From a virus (lineage: Duplodnaviria > Caudoviricetes), in the IMG/VR virus record IMGVR_UViG_2898710591_000002, positions 7,401 through 71,400 of that record: a stretch of 64,000 nucleotides of DNA. The stretch is one strand, 5' to 3'. The position numbers and the translations under genes were made by a program. The notes below the pieces were generated by a model, which ran no database searches, was not told the DNA's origin, and worked only from the letters and a program-made list of their open reading frames with translations. Positions within the stretch are counted from its first letter, which is position 1; each line of letters opens with the position of its first letter. This document shows, one piece after another, positions 61,513 to 64,000 of this stretch.

Positions 61513-61553
61513 AAAAAGCCAGCCATCGCACTGAAATGGCGATGGCTGGCTTT
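61513..61553 (-). terminator. Terminator after maeB
   Basis: agccagccatcgc...gcgatggctggct hairpin with a T-run on the minus strand. Confidence 0.7.
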
Positions 61554-61666
61554 AGTATAACAGAGGAGCGCTATCCATAGAGGTTAGCGTCCTTTACGTT
61601 GGTACAATATTTGAAATTTGAAGTAACGAGTGAAGGGATGTCGATGCGACAAACATCATCAGCCCG

Positions 61667-64000
61667 TTATTGGTTTTCGTTCTCCAAATCCTGAGCTTCC
61701 GTCACGGCAAGTGCTGTCATGTTGACCACACGGCGCGCAGTTGCTGATGGTGTTAGGATATGGATAGGCTTACTGCTACCCAACAGGATAGGGCCGATAG
61801 AAGCGCTATTTGTCGCGGTTTTTAGTAAGTTGAAGGCAATGTTTGCGGCATCTAGCGTTGGCAATATCAGCAGGTTCGCCGCGCCTTTTAGTGGGCTTGA
61901 TGGCATGTCTTCTAGGCGAATGTTTTCGTTCAACGCCGCATCACCTTGCATCTCACCTTCAAATTCAAAATCGACGTTCATGTCGGTCAAGATTTGATAG
62001 ACTTTGCGCATTTTCACCGCGCTGTCACGGTTTGAGGTACCGAAGTTTGAGTGTGATACGAGGGCGACACGAGGCGTAATACCGAAGCGACGTAGCTGCT
62101 CAACGGCCAAGATGGTCATCTCAGCCAATTGCTCTGCTGTTGGGTCTTCGTGGATATAAGTATCCGCGATAAAGATGTTGCGATTTTGCATCAGTACCGC
62201 ATTCATCGCATAAAAGTCGCTAACACCTTCTTTTTTGTCAATGACACTTTGGACATAGTCTAAGTGCAATTGATAATGACTAAACGTACCACAAATCATG
62301 CCATCTGCATCGCCATTGTCTACCAGTAGCGAGCCAATTAGCGTGGTCTTGCGACGCACATCACGGCGGGCAAGCTCGATACTGACGCCGCGGCGTTTGT
62401 TTTTCTCGTAGTATCCTTGCCAGTAGTCTTTGTAGCGTGGATCGTCGTCTTGATTGACGATAGTGATGTTTTCACCATCTTTTAAGCGCAGACCGAGTCT
62501 TTTGATATGATCTTCGATGACAGCTGGGCGACCGACCAAGATAGGGTGGGCAAGCGCTTCGTCGACCACAACTTGCACTGCCAGTAGGACGTTGTTGTCT
62601 TCACCTTCACAGTAGACGATACGCTTTGGTGCTGCTTTGGCACGCGCAAAGACAGGCTTCATCACAAACGCTGAGTTATAGACAAACTCAGATAGGCTCT
62701 GACGATAGGCGTTCATATCAGCGATAGGCAAAGTGGCAACGCCTGAGTCCATGGCGGCTTTGGCAACGGCAGAGGCAATCTCGATGATGAGGTTTGGCTC
62801 TAGTGGGCCTGGAATTAAGTAATCACGGCCAAAGCTCTTCATCTGCTCGATGTTTTTAACGTTGCTGGTTGGGGTGGCTTCGACATGTGCCATAGCAGCG
62901 ATTGCTTTTACACAAGCGATTTTCATCTCTTCGTTGACTGTGGTTGCGCCTACATCTAGAGCGCCGCGGAAGATGTATGGGAAGCAAAGGGCGTTGTTTA
63001 CTTGGTTTGGATAGTCTGAGCGGCCAGTCGCCATGATGACGTCAGGACGGACAGCATGCGCAAGCTCAGGCATGATTTCAGGGGTTGGGTTGGCAAGGGC
63101 AAAGACGATTGGGTCTTTTGCCATACGGCGAACCATATCTTCGGTCAAGGTGCCGGGCATTGATAAGCCCAAGAACATATCGACATCGTCCATGACTTCT
63201 TCGATAGACGTCGCGGTGATGTCACGAGCATAGCGCTGTTTGGTTTCGTCTAGATTTTCACGGCTGGTGCTGATGATACCGCGAGAGTCGGATACGATGA
63301 TGTTGTTTTTATCGACGCCAAGCGCGCAGATGATATCTAGACAAGAGATGGCAGCGGCACCTGCGCCTGAGCACACCACTTTGATTTCTTCGATTTTTTT
63401 GCCAGTAAGTAATAAGGCATTGAGCATGGCGGCCGCGACGATGATAGACGTGCCGTGCTGATCGTCATGGAACACCGGAATGTTCATACGCTCGCGCAAT
63501 TCGCGCTCGATTTTGAAGCATTCTGGGGCTTTGATGTCTTCTAGGTTGATACCACCAAAGGTTGGCTCAAGAGAGGCAACTGCTTCGATAAACTTGTCCG
63601 GATCGTTTTGGGCAATCTCGATATCAAAAACATCAATGCCAGCAAACTTTTTGAATAGTACCCCTTTACCTTCCATCACAGGCTTAGACGCCAAAGGCCC
63701 GATGTTACCCAGACCTAGGACGGCAGTACCGTTGGTGATGACGCCGACCAAGTTGTTGCGAGCTGTATATTTGGCAGCAAGCTTTGGATCTTTTTCGATT
63801 TCAAGACAAGGTACTGCTACCCCTGGCGAATAAGCCAAGGCCAAGTCACGCTGGTTTGCCAACTGTTTGATAGGGGTGACTGAGATTTTACCTGGGCGCG
63901 GAAACTCGTGATAGTGCAAGGCAGCTTGTTCAAACTGCTCTTTTTCTGAACTGTGGGTATCCGTATTCAAAGTGGTATCGTCATTCATAATAATTGCCAT
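61667..64000 (-). CDS. maeB: NADP-dependent malic enzyme with PTA domain
   Basis: [26 protein letters not shown] and GAGAA, plus a C-terminal phosphotransacetylase-like domain. True start may be 63988. Confidence 0.95.
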   Translation of the reverse strand: MAIIMNDDTTLNTDTHSSEKEQFEQAALHYHEFPRPGKISVTPIKQLANQRDLALAYSPGVAVPCLEIEKDPKLAAKYTARNNLVGVITNGTAVLGLGNIGPLASKPVMEGKGVLFKKFAGIDVFDIEIAQNDPDKFIEAVASLEPTFGGINLEDIKAPECFKIERELRERMNIPVFHDDQHGTSIIVAAAMLNALLLTGKKIEEIKVVCSGAGAAAISCLDIICALGVDKNNIIVSDSRGIISTSRENLDETKQRYARDITATSIEEVMDDVDMFLGLSMPGTLTEDMVRRMAKDPIVFALANPTPEIMPELAHAVRPDVIMATGRSDYPNQVNNALCFPYIFRGALDVGATTVNEEMKIACVKAIAAMAHVEATPTSNVKNIEQMKSFGRDYLIPGPLEPNLIIEIASAVAKAAMDSGVATLPIADMNAYRQSLSEFVYNSAFVMKPVFARAKAAPKRIVYCEGEDNNVLLAVQVVVDEALAHPILVGRPAVIEDHIKRLGLRLKDGENITIVNQDDDPRYKDYWQGYYEKNKRRGVSIELARRDVRRKTTLIGSLLVDNGDADGMICGTFSHYQLHLDYVQSVIDKKEGVSDFYAMNAVLMQNRNIFIADTYIHEDPTAEQLAEMTILAVEQLRRFGITPRVALVSHSNFGTSNRDSAVKMRKVYQILTDMNVDFEFEGEMQGDAALNENIRLEDMPSSPLKGAANLLILPTLDAANIAFNLLKTATNSASIGPILLGSSKPIHILTPSATARRVVNMTALAVTEAQDLENENQ

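Overview
This 64-kb window holds two mobile elements integrated in tandem at a tRNA(CAT) gene, probably tRNA-Ile2 (59183-59259, minus strand). Host genes lie to the right: a pteridine reductase/FolM-like SDR, cca and maeB. The host looks like a gammaproteobacterium, plausibly Moraxellaceae/Psychrobacter; this is an inference, not a database result. (1) An apparently intact ~53.5-kb temperate prophage is bounded by 48-bp direct repeats (5709-5756 and 59182-59229). It has lambdoid early control (cI/cro/cII, Rep with iterons, a DnaC-like loader, a Q-like gene). Its virion module is podovirus-type and resembles Bcep22/933W-like phages: P22-like terminase, portal, N4-gp56-type capsid, CsrA-like gene, an SLT ejection protein, and a 4795-aa DarB-like polyvalent protein. 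(2) To its left is part of a P4/PICI-like satellite or island, with an integrase, AlpA, a DUF3987-type protein, iteron-like repeats and a RelE-like toxin start; an IS5-family element splits one of its genes. The most striking non-annotated signal is a 10-nt motif (YTACTACGGR) 8-9 nt upstream of the ATG of five early phage genes, including cII and the helicase loader. A promoter-terminator unit at 11610-11694 would make a ~50-nt RNA whose 5' end is complementary to that motif, suggesting a phage multi-target small-RNA regulon. Several other structured or antisense RNA candidates are present. All family calls come from motif recognition by eye; no searches were run.
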